A DNA stretch of 64,000 nt from Gnetum montanum (Eukaryota; Plantae; Gnetophyta): NCBI GenBank assembly GCA_015680685.1, contig MNCI01000556.1:1452202-1516201 (forward strand), in the 5' to 3' direction. Shown in pieces: positions 13,494 through 25,932 of the stretch. The notes under the pieces are model-generated. The model had not been told where the DNA came from. It saw only the letters and a list, made by a program, of their open reading frames with translations, and did not search any database. Position 1 is the first letter of the stretch, and the number at the start of each line of letters is the position of its first letter. The position numbers and the translations under genes are program-made.

Positions 13494-16400
13494 TATAATG
13501 ACTGAAAACATTGATGGCTATAATCACTGAAGAGTTGATAGCCACATAGCCTTAACCCCACCTTCGTACGAGGGCCTTGCTAAATAATGGAGGTAGAGCA
13601 CCTTGGATAGTCTTGTCAATTGAACAAAGACTTTGCCATTGGTAGTTAGGGTGGTGGCTATAAATGGGGATGGTGTGGTTAGTTGAAATGCCAATGTGAA
13701 TGGGTGAAAATGGTGCTAAGTGTTGAGCATTGTCCATGATGCAAAGTGTAAAGTGTATTCATGAAATAGGGACAAGTGTAGTCAAGGGTTTCAACCAAAA
13801 CAAGGATGTCAACCCATGGAGACTATTGGCCGAGTGTAGTACAACAAGACTACATATGGAAACTGCAAAAGAAAATGTGAAAAAGGTGCACAAGAATGCA
13901 ATGAAAATGTAAGGAATAGAATAGAGAAATGAAACACTACCTTAAATAGAAGTGTAGTTAACTCCAAAGCAATTTAGAAGATACATAGTGTACAACAGGC
14001 ACAATAGGAGCATAGTCATAGTCTCGGTGGTGTCAAACCATGAAGTCTAGCACTCATTATGGTGTACCATGCTTATTGGGTGTGCTACCATGGTGTACCA
14101 TGTAGTTTTCTACAAGGGTGTAATGGGGCTACTATGGGCCATGGTGTGCAACTCTACCTCTTTGTTGGTGTGGTATGCTCTAGGTCTTGTTTGCCCAAGA
14201 AGCTAAGTGTTGAATGCCAAGATGCTAAATGCTAAATGAAAATGCCAAGTCCCTAAAATATTAGGGTGTAGGGATATTTATAAGGCTAATATTAGCTTAA
14301 AATGTAGATCAAGTACAATGTGGTAGAGTAGTAGATGGGACTATGCTCTGGACCCCAACTATGATATGGTGTTAAGCTCTATGATGTTGAGAAATGTCAT
14401 TGCTCTGATAGAGTTCATGAAGTTAAGAGACTATGAATATGCTACCTAGCTACATGAATAAGATTGTGAAGTACCTGAAAAGATGCAAAGAATGCCAAAA
14501 AATGTGACTTTTGGAGACCACACTCTAGCTCTATGCTCTAGAGTGTAGTTACAATTTTTTGGAATAGGGGATGCAAAAATGCCAAATACTACTACGAGAG
14601 AGGTACTAGAGCTTATGTAAATGCTAATGTTAATTTTTTAGGGCCTTTGGAGGCTATTCTTGCCATCTACGGTAACTACACCTTAGAGCATAGTCCCAAA
14701 CTTAGGCAGAATCTGGTCAAAATTGGCAAAATGTGGCTAAGTGTTGACTACACTCTAGGAGAGGCTGACTCCACTCCCAAGCATAGGCTCAATACTTGGA
14801 GAAATTCATGTAATATCTAGCATCTAGATTGACTACACTAACTATGCTCTAAAAAGTAGTTAGGAGGTGTAGTCCCAAAAATTAGAAAATTGTACAAAAT
14901 CTAGCATCAAATGTTGACTACACTCTAGAGCATAGTCCTAGCAATGGGGAGTGTAGTCTCAACACTTAGAAAAATTTGGATAAAGTACCACCATTTTAAC
15001 ACTTAGCCAACTTTGTATTTGAGAGGTTGAAGCTAAATATTATGTGATGTTTCATTCATTCCTCTTTGTTAACATATAAAGGAGTGGCCCAAGAGACGTT
15101 GGAAAAGAACACAAAACACCATAGTAGACATGGCACCAATATTGCTTGTTAGTACCAGATTGGATGTCATTCCACCATGTTCAAAAGTGCTATGGATAAG
15201 GATACGCTAGGGAAATATGTATAGGCAACATGCTAGCTAGATGAAATGCAAATAGGGGAGATGCATGCAAATAGTATGTGACAATGTAAGATGTAAAGTT
15301 AGCATAACTGATGGTGACAATGGCATACAGTGGCTTGCCCTTGAAATTTTGACCTCTCATCAGAGTGCTCATGAGAAATTCAAGGTTGATTCAAGGTTAG
15401 GCTAGTTACAAAACTACAAGGTTGCTAATTTTCTTGGCGATGTGCTTTTTCCCATTCTCTTTTTTTTTTTTTTCTATTTTTATTTCTTTGCTATTCTTTT
15501 TCCTTGCTTTTCTTTACCTTTTTTACTTTTCCTTTTAGCATGGTGAACCTTCATTTGGTTCTACATATTGCTAAATGTTAGTTGCAAGGTGTTGGCCATC
15601 AAATAGATGGGCTTTGTTTTAATAAAACCATGTCACATTTATCATATAGGTGTTTCCTCCAAAGGATGAGTTTCATTACATCCACTTGAACCTTGACTAG
15701 CTAATAGAGGCTCCCCATGGGACGAGTTACATTATATCCACCATGGGTTCTATAGTTAACATGAATATAATGTGTCATATGCATTATAGTTCATATGCAT
15801 CAAAGGGAGTTTGAAATGTAAGGAAACATAGGAAATGCAAGAGGGTATTGGGATGTGCGATGGATATGCATAGGCTATGATGGAATGAGAGGGATGTGCA
15901 CTCTTGAGTGATGTAGCTAGTTCAATCATGCACATTGGAGCAATTTGGTGACTTGTAGCTATGATGAGAAGCACCTTCATACAACCACCTCTAGGGCTTT
16001 GTCCTGCAAACACAACTCTAAGAAAACATGAAAACCGCAAAACATGAGATGCAGGTGAAATGCTAGAATGCAAAGATGCTACAAATGTTGGAAAAACTAA
16101 ATTAGTTGCAAGTGCCTAGGAAGCTAATCAAAGTGATGAGGGAAATGATGCTAAGACTACTCCAAAAGCTTCATGAATAGTAGGTGCTCCAAAAGATAAA
16201 ATAAATACCAATTTAAGGTCCTGGTAGACTTTGAACCTAGTTTAAGATCCTAGCAAATCATGGCATGCTACTTTATAGTTCTAGTAGACTACCTTGTGCC
16301 AGTTTAATGTCATAGTGGACAAGCTATTATGCTAGTTTAACATCATGATCCAAGGGTAAGCTCTGCTAATTTATAGTCATAGTGAACTATCTATGCCAAT

Positions 16401-19400
16401 TTATAGTCTTAGTAGACAACTATGCCAGTTTTAGCATCATGGTGGATGAGTGCTTACCTTGCTTTGCTAGGGCATAGTGCTGCATTTTTGGCCATGCTAT
16501 GTGGCTACAAGATGATGCAAAAATCAACTAGAAAAGCAACAGCAAGTAGTAACTACTTTATAAAGCTAATGCACAAATGAAAGGAAATCAATGTGAAAAG
16601 CAATAGTTTTAGGTTGTTCTAGGTCATAGAAGTAGTTTTGCACCATTTTGGGCTATGTGGATGCTAGTTTAAGGCCATTTTGAGCCAAGGACGATAGTTT
16701 AAGACCATTTTGGACTGCAAGGTGCTAGTTTAAGGCCATGGTGGGTTATAGTATTATATTTTTGTAATATTTGTTTTTTTGATTTTTTATGTGTTTTTGA
16801 TGTTATTCAAATGCATGCGTAAGCTAAGTAAATGAATGCAATGTGAAGTGATGTGTAGGCTAAGCAAGTAGGCAAAATGTAAATGCATAAACTAATGCAA
16901 TGAAAGTGAATGTAAAAAATATCTGACGCATGAATTTGAATAACATCAAAAACACATAAAGGATGGGCAGGTGCCTAGCGTATTTTTGATCAAGGGGGCA
17001 TCTTGGTCATGTAGTTATTTCCAAATAAAGTATGCATTAGGAGGTGTGTAGGGCTTGGGGTCCTCTAGGAGGTTGTTGACTTCAACCGCTTGTTTGGATG
17101 TCTTAGCCTTATGAATTATGTTGGTTGTTATAGATATATCACCAGGAAACTTCATCTCTAACATTTGACCCATGTCTATGTGGAGGATGGCTAGAGGAGA
17201 GGTGTTATCACCATGGATGATAACTTAACCACATTTGTATGGAAGGTGTATTTCTTGATGGATTGGAGAGGACATGATTTATATTTGAGCTAGCCAAAGC
17301 TTGCCTAGGATTATGTTGAAGCTTAACATTTCCTCTATGATCGGGAATTTTACGAAGGTGGGGCTTCCACAAAGGTGATGTTTATTGTGCCCTTGAAGAT
17401 GACACATGACTTGTTAAAGGATTTTAGACATGTGATTTTGGTTGGCCTGATCTCATTTCTCAAACCTAGCTTGTTAATGATGGATTACAAAACTACATTT
17501 GTTGCTGCCTCATCATCGACATGCACCCTCCAAATGGTGCACTACCCAATGTGTATGCTAATGAATAGTGAAGGTATAGTCACTTCCCTTATTCAAGGTT
17601 GACCTTCACTACATTGTCGCGAAAGGCTATGAATGTTGAACCAAATTTCTATGGCATAGAAGGAAAGATATCTACATGGATGACATTATCATCTAAAGGG
17701 ATTCCATCCATAACGAGAATGAAGGCCAACATTTGGGTCAAGGCTTGATGATGAGAAGATAAGATCATGACTAGGTCATATAAGCTCAACATTGTGTTCT
17801 TTTTCTTGAGTGTTTGTTTCACCTAGGTTAGAGTAGCTATGCATCCTTGTCATCAGTTTTTGTGTTGGCATTGACCTCCTCCATGCAGCTTGAGAGATGG
17901 ATCTCTCACAGGAGAAACATAGGTTTTATTTTCTTAGCCTATTTGGTGGCAAGGACCCTTGTGTTCGATTGCACTTTGTTGGTCATGGCCTTTGCTTTGG
18001 CCATGGGGGTTGCAAGGTGCATATCTGGCCTCTTACATTTCCATTTGGTAGGTCTACCTACATTGCTAGTGGGGTTGGCCCTTGAAGGAGAAGAGACCAA
18101 CATATTGCCTACTACTAGGATTAGGATAGGTGAGGGGCCAATGCATTCTGGCACCCTAATGAAAAATGACTAATTGGGAGTTGTTGCTAGGCTAGCTCAT
18201 TGTGACACCTTGATGATGAAGGATTTCTTTATGAATGCATGTGTAGCTTGCTATTTTATCATCTTAGACAATGATTATGGTGGGCCCTTGACCATGAAGG
18301 GTATATAACCACAAAAGGAGGCATCTTTCTTGTGGAGGTTAAGAGGATCTTTTCCTTGATAGGAGGCACTTGGATCATGAAAGGTTGTTATGCAGACATA
18401 GACTTTCATCCTACATTGATGGAGTTTATGTTTTAGGGATCATTGTTTGCATTAGATTAGCTTACTACATTGAGCACTAGTTTTCTTCTTTCTATCATTC
18501 TTTGCAAATCATCTTACAAGGCCTAATAGTTGTTCATACTACAACTGAACAACTAGTGGTAGTGACAATATTGGTATAGTTGGAACTATTTGGGGACTAG
18601 GGGCTCATTTGGTATTGTTGAGGTAAGGCTCCTCAAGAGTTTGCAGTACCTATCATGGTTTTGATGAGTAATTCTTAATACATGTTTAGAGGATCTCATT
18701 GACAATGGGGTATACCTTTAGCAATCATTGTGCTCAAAGTGAAGCTTGAAGTGACTTGCACTGTGGCCCCTACCAATGTAGGTGGGTTGGCACTACAATC
18801 GGTAGCTTTGTGAGATAGGGCCTTAGGCTACTTAGTCACCAGGCCCTGGTTGGTTACTTTTGTGCTAGTGTAATCATTGCCACTATTGTGTTTTTCTTGT
18901 GCACATGCTACTTTCTATAGTGCATTTAGGCCAAGTTGTTACTAGCTTATGCTACCTCCTCTATGCCTTTTACTTGGGTGAAGGCTTGGATGAGATAACT
19001 TGAGGCCAGGTAGTATAAATTTAACTTGATAAAGTCATTCACTAAATTCTTGAAGATGGCTAGGAGGTGCATCTCTATTATGGGCTCTCATATTTCTTGT
19101 AACAAGGCACTTTAGCATTGGATAAACTTAGGCATGGGCTCTAGTGGCCCTTGCTTGACCTACATGAGTTGGTTAAGGGTGGCTTCAAGCTTCAAGTTCT
19201 ACTTGAAGTGCATTACAATCTAGCTTAAAACATTCTCTAGGGAGGAGATAGAGCCCATAGTTAGTGTAAGGTACCAATCTAAGGCTTTAATAGTTAGTGA
19301 CATGCAAAAAACATGCATGATGGCATGTGGCCATGCTTGGAGCAGCAGGCACTTGGAATTGAATGTGACTAACTACATGTTGGGATCATCCTCATCATTG

Positions 19401-22195
19401 TACTTTTTGAGTTTAGGTAATAGGACCCTAGTTGGAAGAGTTAGGGGTGAGACCATAGGACTTATGAGATCATCATGGTAAAGGTATACCACCTTAATAG
19501 TTTCGAAGGAGGTGGCTTTGAGTTAGTTGATCTCCTTTGTCAAACTTTGGATTAACTAGAATGCCTAATCTAAGCTTGGAGATGTGCTAGCTAGTTGCAT
19601 TAACTAGGCTTATGTTGGTTGCATGGTGAAAGGCCAAATCATTCGTTGTAGATTTTGCTCATTTAATGTCATAGCGAATGATTGTTGTTGATGTGTTGGC
19701 TAAGGGATGGGTGTGGTGACTAAGGTGGGGAATACACACATGGATTGGATCAATGTTGAGGGTTTTAATGAGACAAGTGAGATGTAGGAAGTACAAATTA
19801 TTTAGGGCACTAAGATGGCTCCTATGTGAGGGAATGGTTGGGCAAATGCAATAGTTGCTTGCAAGGAAGGCTAAGCTAGCATGATCACCATCCTAAAGAG
19901 GACAAGTGAACCAGAATAAGGAGGGGTTGTATTAGGGAGTGGTTGTTGGAAGAAACTATAGAGGGGGCTCTCACATTTGGAGCAAGACTCAAATTCATCT
20001 TTGTCCTCCTATGAGACTTCCTCATAGGTTTTCCCTACATCGTGCTCATTCACACGAATGAGTTGGAACAATAGCTAGTGGTAGGACTCGGTGAGTGGAA
20101 TTATGTTGAACAAGGTAGGGTTGTACTCTCATCCATCTTGATGGACTCATTGAAGGTACTAGTTTTCCTCTAAGTCAAGGCTACCCATGGGTAATCCTAC
20201 TTGGATCTTGGCAAAATTAAATTCATATTATTCATGGATAAGTGCCTCATGCTTTGGGTGGATCATAAAGGTATTAAATATGTTAGACACTGACGTGGAA
20301 GGTTGATCTAGATTCATGTTCATAGATCAAGTTATGAAAGTTGTTGTTTGTAAAAAATGGCTAACATTGAAAAGCACAGAAAAATGGCTAAGTCTAAAAA
20401 GTGCATAAAAATGACTAAGTGATGAAACTACAAAAAAATGGCTAAGTATGAAATTTTGGAAGAAATGGCTAAGTATGGAGACTATGCCCCACACCAACTA
20501 CACTCTCCACCAACTACACTTTCTATGCTTAGAGAAGGAAGACTTAGAAAAAATAATGGAGAATGGCATGATTTGGGTTGTTACATGGGATCTTAGGGAG
20601 TTCAACAATGGGGTCCAATCTACATCGACAGGGTGTAGAGAGCAGGAAAAGACAACCATAGCTAAATGCAAGGAAAGAAATGACACAACCTTCCTTCTAG
20701 TACCAAAAACTATAATGGCCAAGAACATCGATGGCTAAAATTACTGAGGTGTCAATGGGCACACAAACTTAAACCTGCCTCCATGCAAGGACCTTACTAA
20801 AAAATTGACATAGAACACCCAAAATAGGGACTTTGACATTGGGAGCTGGGGGGATGGCTGCCAATAGGAGGTGGCATGATTTGTTAAAATGCCATCATGA
20901 AAAAATGAAAATGGTGCTTAGTATTGAGTTTTTCCCATGACACAATGTGAAAAGTGTAGTCATGAAATCGGGATGAATGTAGTAAAGGGTTTTGATTGAA
21001 ACAAGGATGCCAACCTATGAAGACTACTGCCCGAGTGTAGTACAATGTGACTGCACATGGAAAATGCAAGAAAAGTGAAAAGAATGCAAATAAAATGCAA
21101 GGAATAGGAGAGAGAAATGAAATACTACCCCAAATGGAAGCATAGTTAACTCCAAAAGGGGTTCAAAAGGTATGCAATGTACAATAGTCACAATGGGAGT
21201 AAGTTGGTCACTGCGGTGTATTGTGTGGTGTTTTGTAGGGGTGCAATGGGGTTGCAGTGGACCATGATGTGCAAATTTTCCTCTCTACTGGTGTGATGTG
21301 GTTTAGGTTTCATTTTTCCAAGAAGCTAAGTTTTGAATGCTAAGATGCTCGATGCTAAATGAAAATGCCAACCCCCTAAAATGTTGGGGTGCATGGGTAT
21401 TTATAGGGCTAGGGTTAGCCCAAAATTTAGATCAAGTGCCATGTGGTAGAGCAGTAGGTGGGACTATGCTCTGGGGTGATTAGGACTATGCTCACCCCAA
21501 CTATTCTCTAGTGTTAAGCTTTGTGATGTTGAGTAGTATCATAGCTTTAATGGAGTTTGTGAAGCTAAGAAACTATGACTACGCTACCCAGGTACATGAA
21601 GAAGATCATAAATTACCTGAAAAGATGTAAACAATGCTAAAAATGTGACTTTCAAAGACCATTTTCTAGTTCTACTTTCTAAAGCGTAACTATAATTTTT
21701 GAGAATTGGGGGATGAAAAAATGCCAAATGTTGCTGATAAAGTGATGCTAGAGTTAATGCGAATGCCAATGTTGAGGTGTGGGGGCCTTTGGAGGTTGTT
21801 CCTACCATCTATGCTGACTACCCTCTGGAGTGTAGTTCCAGACTTAGGCAAAATGTGGTAAAAAACTATCAAAATTAGCAAAATGTGGCTAAGTGTTGAC
21901 TAAACTCTAGGGGAGTCTGACTATGCTCCTAGGCATAGTGAGTGTAGGCTCAACACTTGGAAAAATTCATGCAAAATCTAGCTTCTAGATTGACTATGCT
22001 AACTATGCTCTAGAGAGTATTTAGGAGGTGTAGTCCGAATAGTTAGAAAATTCTACAAAATCTAGCATCTAGGGCTAACTATCCTAACTACACTCTAGGG
22101 TGTAGTCCCAGCAATGGGGAGCATAGTCTCAACACTTTGAAAAATGTAAGAAAATCTGTAGTCGAGAGGTTGAATTCAAAAATTTTGTGGTATTT
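13494..22195 (-). mobile_element. Element B: Tat-lineage element with two LTRs and only gag-protease (no RT/RH/INT)
   Basis: Direct repeats 13494-~15330 and 20711-~22195 (the second is truncated). PBS at 20689-20705, decayed gag at ~18300-20300, protease at ~17200-17600 homologous to ORF 61664-62125, repeat array at 16200-16760. Confidence 0.8.
20689..20705 (-). promoter_or_regulatory. Primer binding site complementary to tRNA-Asn(GUU), element B
   Basis: Minus strand reads TGGTACTAGAAGGAAGG versus the expected TGGCGCTAGAAGGAGGG, 5 nt inside the LTR end. Confidence 0.8.
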
Positions 22196-22849
22196 GAAAT
22201 ACCATTTAAAGGACAAACAAAGAAAAATAGAGTTGAAATAAGACAAAAAATTAACATATAAGGATGTATAAGAGACATAGAAAGTCAACAAGGTTATCAA
22301 GGTAACATATTTCTAAAAACAAGATAAAACATTATTTAATAAGGAAAAAATAAAGCAAAATAGGTTATATATAATAAAAATTGATTAATATAGGCTAAAA
22401 ATAATTAGGTTTTGCTCGTTCTAGGCCTTAGGAGGCCATATTTTAAGGCTAAAAATATATTAGGTGAGTTTAAGCATCAATTAAGGCTATTTTTGGGCTA
22501 TTTGGATTCAAAAATAAAGTCTTTTGAGGCTTCCATAGTAGGCTCAATGTGGAAACTAAGGAAAATAGGTTTTTGGGGTGTTTAGATGTCAAAAATTTAG
22601 GTTCTAGGACCTTCACAAGGTAGCATAGGATCGAATCCATCAAAATCGGGCATTTTGAAGGTCTGTAAATGTAAAAAAGTAAGTTCAAATAAAAGAGGGA
22701 TTTTATCATGGTGAACCAAATAAAATCAAAAATAAGTTCAAATATGATCAAATAGGAAACTAGAGTCCAAATGTAGAACTTGTGCATCTCCCAGCTTGGT
22801 TCTGAGGTAATTTCAGGTCATTTCAGAGTTAATAGGTGTTTAAATGACT

Positions 22850-25120
22850 TTCCCCCATTTTTCCACATTAGGAATAGTATCCTAAATATCAAAGGTAAGG
22901 GGATTCTTATTAAATAATGTTAGAGTGATTTTGGGGCCCTTTGACAAGGTTTCTAGGCCTCTATGACTATAGACTTTGATTATATAAGATTTTGGCTAAT
23001 TTTGGATAGATTTGAAGGTTGTTTATGGGTACTTAAGGTCTTGCCCCCTCATCCCCCCCCCCCCCCCTCCACGCCCCCCTAGTTACACACTAGGAAAGTT
23101 CGTCTAGCATGGAACAATGGGGAGAATAGGATTTTAATATTTAAATGAGGTCAAACAAGTAAAATCTTAAGGCTCTGATGTCCTAGGCTTCTCTGATGTA
23201 GATCTTTGTCTTCTAAGAGTGCCATCTTATTTCCAAGAGCAACTTCCCCCCTTGTTTCCATGCTAGAAAATTTACTCCAATGTGAAAAATCAAGAATGAT
23301 AGATCTAGGATAATTTGTATTACAATCAGCTATGCATGTTACTTTTTTGGATTTTTTGGGGTAAAGGGCTATGTATCTCTACCAAACGTTGGTAGTTTTC
23401 AGCATCCCTAAGTGGTTTTTTGGCTTCCCCATTTGTTCCATGCTAGGATAGAGAGCTTAGCATGAAAAAATAAGTGGGAATGAATTATTGGCCATCTAGG
23501 ATTAGGTTTATAAAGTTTAAGGGCTCAAATGTCTATTGCCAAGGTTTTAGAGTGCATGAAAGGTTAGTTGATGTCATTCTAAGGTGTGTATGAGCTTCAA
23601 ACAAGTCTCCCCTTGACTTTCCACATCGAAGATACCATCTTCAGTGTGGAAAAAGGGATCCAGAGCATGGAAGAACTATGAAACTTATAGTTAGACTAAT
23701 TTTAACTTCAATCAACTATGCATGTCAACTTCTAGGGTTGTTGAGGTCGAGGACTAGGATTTGCTATCAAATTTTGGTAATTTTGAGTATTTCTAAGTTT
23801 TCTTTGATATATCCTCTTCTTTTTGCACTAACGATAGTATGCTTCACATGGAAGAATGGAGGGAAATATATTTTCATGTTTTTTCTTCATTTTCAATCAT
23901 GCATGTATCTCTCTAGGTTGCTAGTGATGATAGTCAATGCCAAGTGTTAAAACTTGGTTGTCTTGAAGGTTGATGAGTGGTTTTGGACTTCCTCCAATTT
24001 TTCCATGCTAGGATTTGATTCACACCATGGAAAATTGGGGGCCAAGATTTTTGATATTTATGGTCACTTTCGATCATGCATACATGTTCATACAGTTGCT
24101 AGTGTCAACAGTTAAAATCTGATATCAAAACTTGGGTGTTTTAATGGTCACTAGGTAACTTTTTGGCTTTACCCCCTTTTTCTATGTAAGGGATTCCATG
24201 ATTTATGTGAATAATTTGGGGGAAACTATTTTAGTCCTCTATGGTCACTTTCAAACATGCATGCAGGCTTCTATGGTTATTGTTGTCGATTATTGCTACT
24301 TCATGATAAATTTTGGTTGTTTCAAGGATTTCTAGGTAATTTCTAGGCTTTCCCCCATTTTTCACACTAGGGCTTCCATGCACAACATGGAAAATTAGGG
24401 AAAATTATTTTTCTCCTTTATGATCACTTTTGGACATGCATGCAAGCTTCTAAGGTTGCTAATGTCAACTTCTATTACTTGATGTCAAAATTTCATTATT
24501 TCAAGGATTTCTAGGTAATGTTTGGGCTTCCACTCCTTTTTCCCTGTTGGGGATTCCATGCTCAACATGGAAAATTAATGGAAAGCTTTTTAATGATTTT
24601 TTATTGATCTTACTATGCATGAGTGCTCATAGGATTACTGGCATTGGCCATCAGTGCCTAAGATCAAGATTTGGCTGTTTCAGGGGCTGTGAGGGGTTTT
24701 TAGGCTTTCCCCTTTTTTTCCATGCTAACGGTCAAAGGCTTAGCATGGAAGAGGTTCCCTTCAATGAGAAAAGTTGGATCTAGGACAAATCAACAACCAA
24801 TCAACCATGCATGTCATCCTCCAAGGTTGCTAGTGTCGATGGTCAATGTTGGGTGTCAATATTTGATAATTTGCAAGCTTCTAAGCACCTCATGAAATCT
24901 CCCACCATTCCTCCATACTAGAAATCATGGCCTTAATGTGGATGAAATGGGAATGATATTTTTATATCATTTTAAAATAATTTTGAAGCTTCTAAAAGCT
25001 CTATAGGATTTTGGTAGGGTCTCGGGGTCACCTAGCATCAAGAAATGGTCATTAGGTCATCCATTTAGGTCATTTTTAGCTTGCCCCCATATATCCACGT
25101 TGAGGCTAAAAGGCTTAGAA
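22850..25120. repeat. Degenerate ~180-bp tandem array; each unit carries an imperfect inverted repeat (TTTTCCATGCTAG...AGCATGGAAAA)
   Basis: Motif recurs at ~23250, 23430, 23615, 23815, 23995, 24175, 24355, 24535, 24712, 24900 and 25085. Units between 23995 and 24712 align visibly. Related motifs occur at ~10170-10720. Confidence 0.7.
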
Positions 25121-25932
25121 ATGAAGAAGCCTCCCCCATCATGGAACACATCAAATCCTAGATTTCAATCAATTTTGACTAGGTTTCATGAGGTTCCAGG
25201 GCTACTAGAGATGCTTGGAGGAGTTCTAGGTCATGTGGGGTCCAATTTGAGGTCCAACTTATTATACATGAGTGTTGGAAAGAAAGAGTGAGAGTTATTC
25301 CCCTTCTTCCAATTTAGGCACTATTGTCTTAGCATTGAAATCTATGGTACTTAGAATTGCTCATGTTTTTCCCAATTTTGGAAACTTGCGATTGAAAAAG
25401 GTAGGTTTGGGTTACCAGAAATAGAAATATATCTATAAATATAATGCATTTGTAAAATGATAAACATTCTTCCACACTGGGAAAGTATTCCTAGTGTGGA
25501 TGCATGGCAGTAAGGTTGCTATAATGTTTTAACTGTCAAAATTGATGAAAATCTCAATGTTGATGAAAGTTTTGATTAAAAGTGAAGGTGTAGGGAGGGG
25601 TTCACAATTCAAAAATTCAAAAACTGAAAATTTCACTTATTTCCCATCCAAAATCATTGTGAACTAGACTTTCCCCTCTTTTTCTTCCATGCACTTGTAG
25701 TTATGAGGCACTAGATTAGTAGCTAGGGTTTCGTTTAGGTTTTAGAAGGGTTTTATATATTATATTTTGTAATTTTTGATCATAACTATAATTACATAGC
25801 AAAAAAAAATTGGTAAAGGTTACTATAGTAACCACAACCAATATTCAACTTGGAAGCCTCCTATCTCCCTTGCAGCTAGCATAGAATTCCTATCTTCTCC
25901 AAATATCCATCTTCCTTAGCATTGAGCCTACC

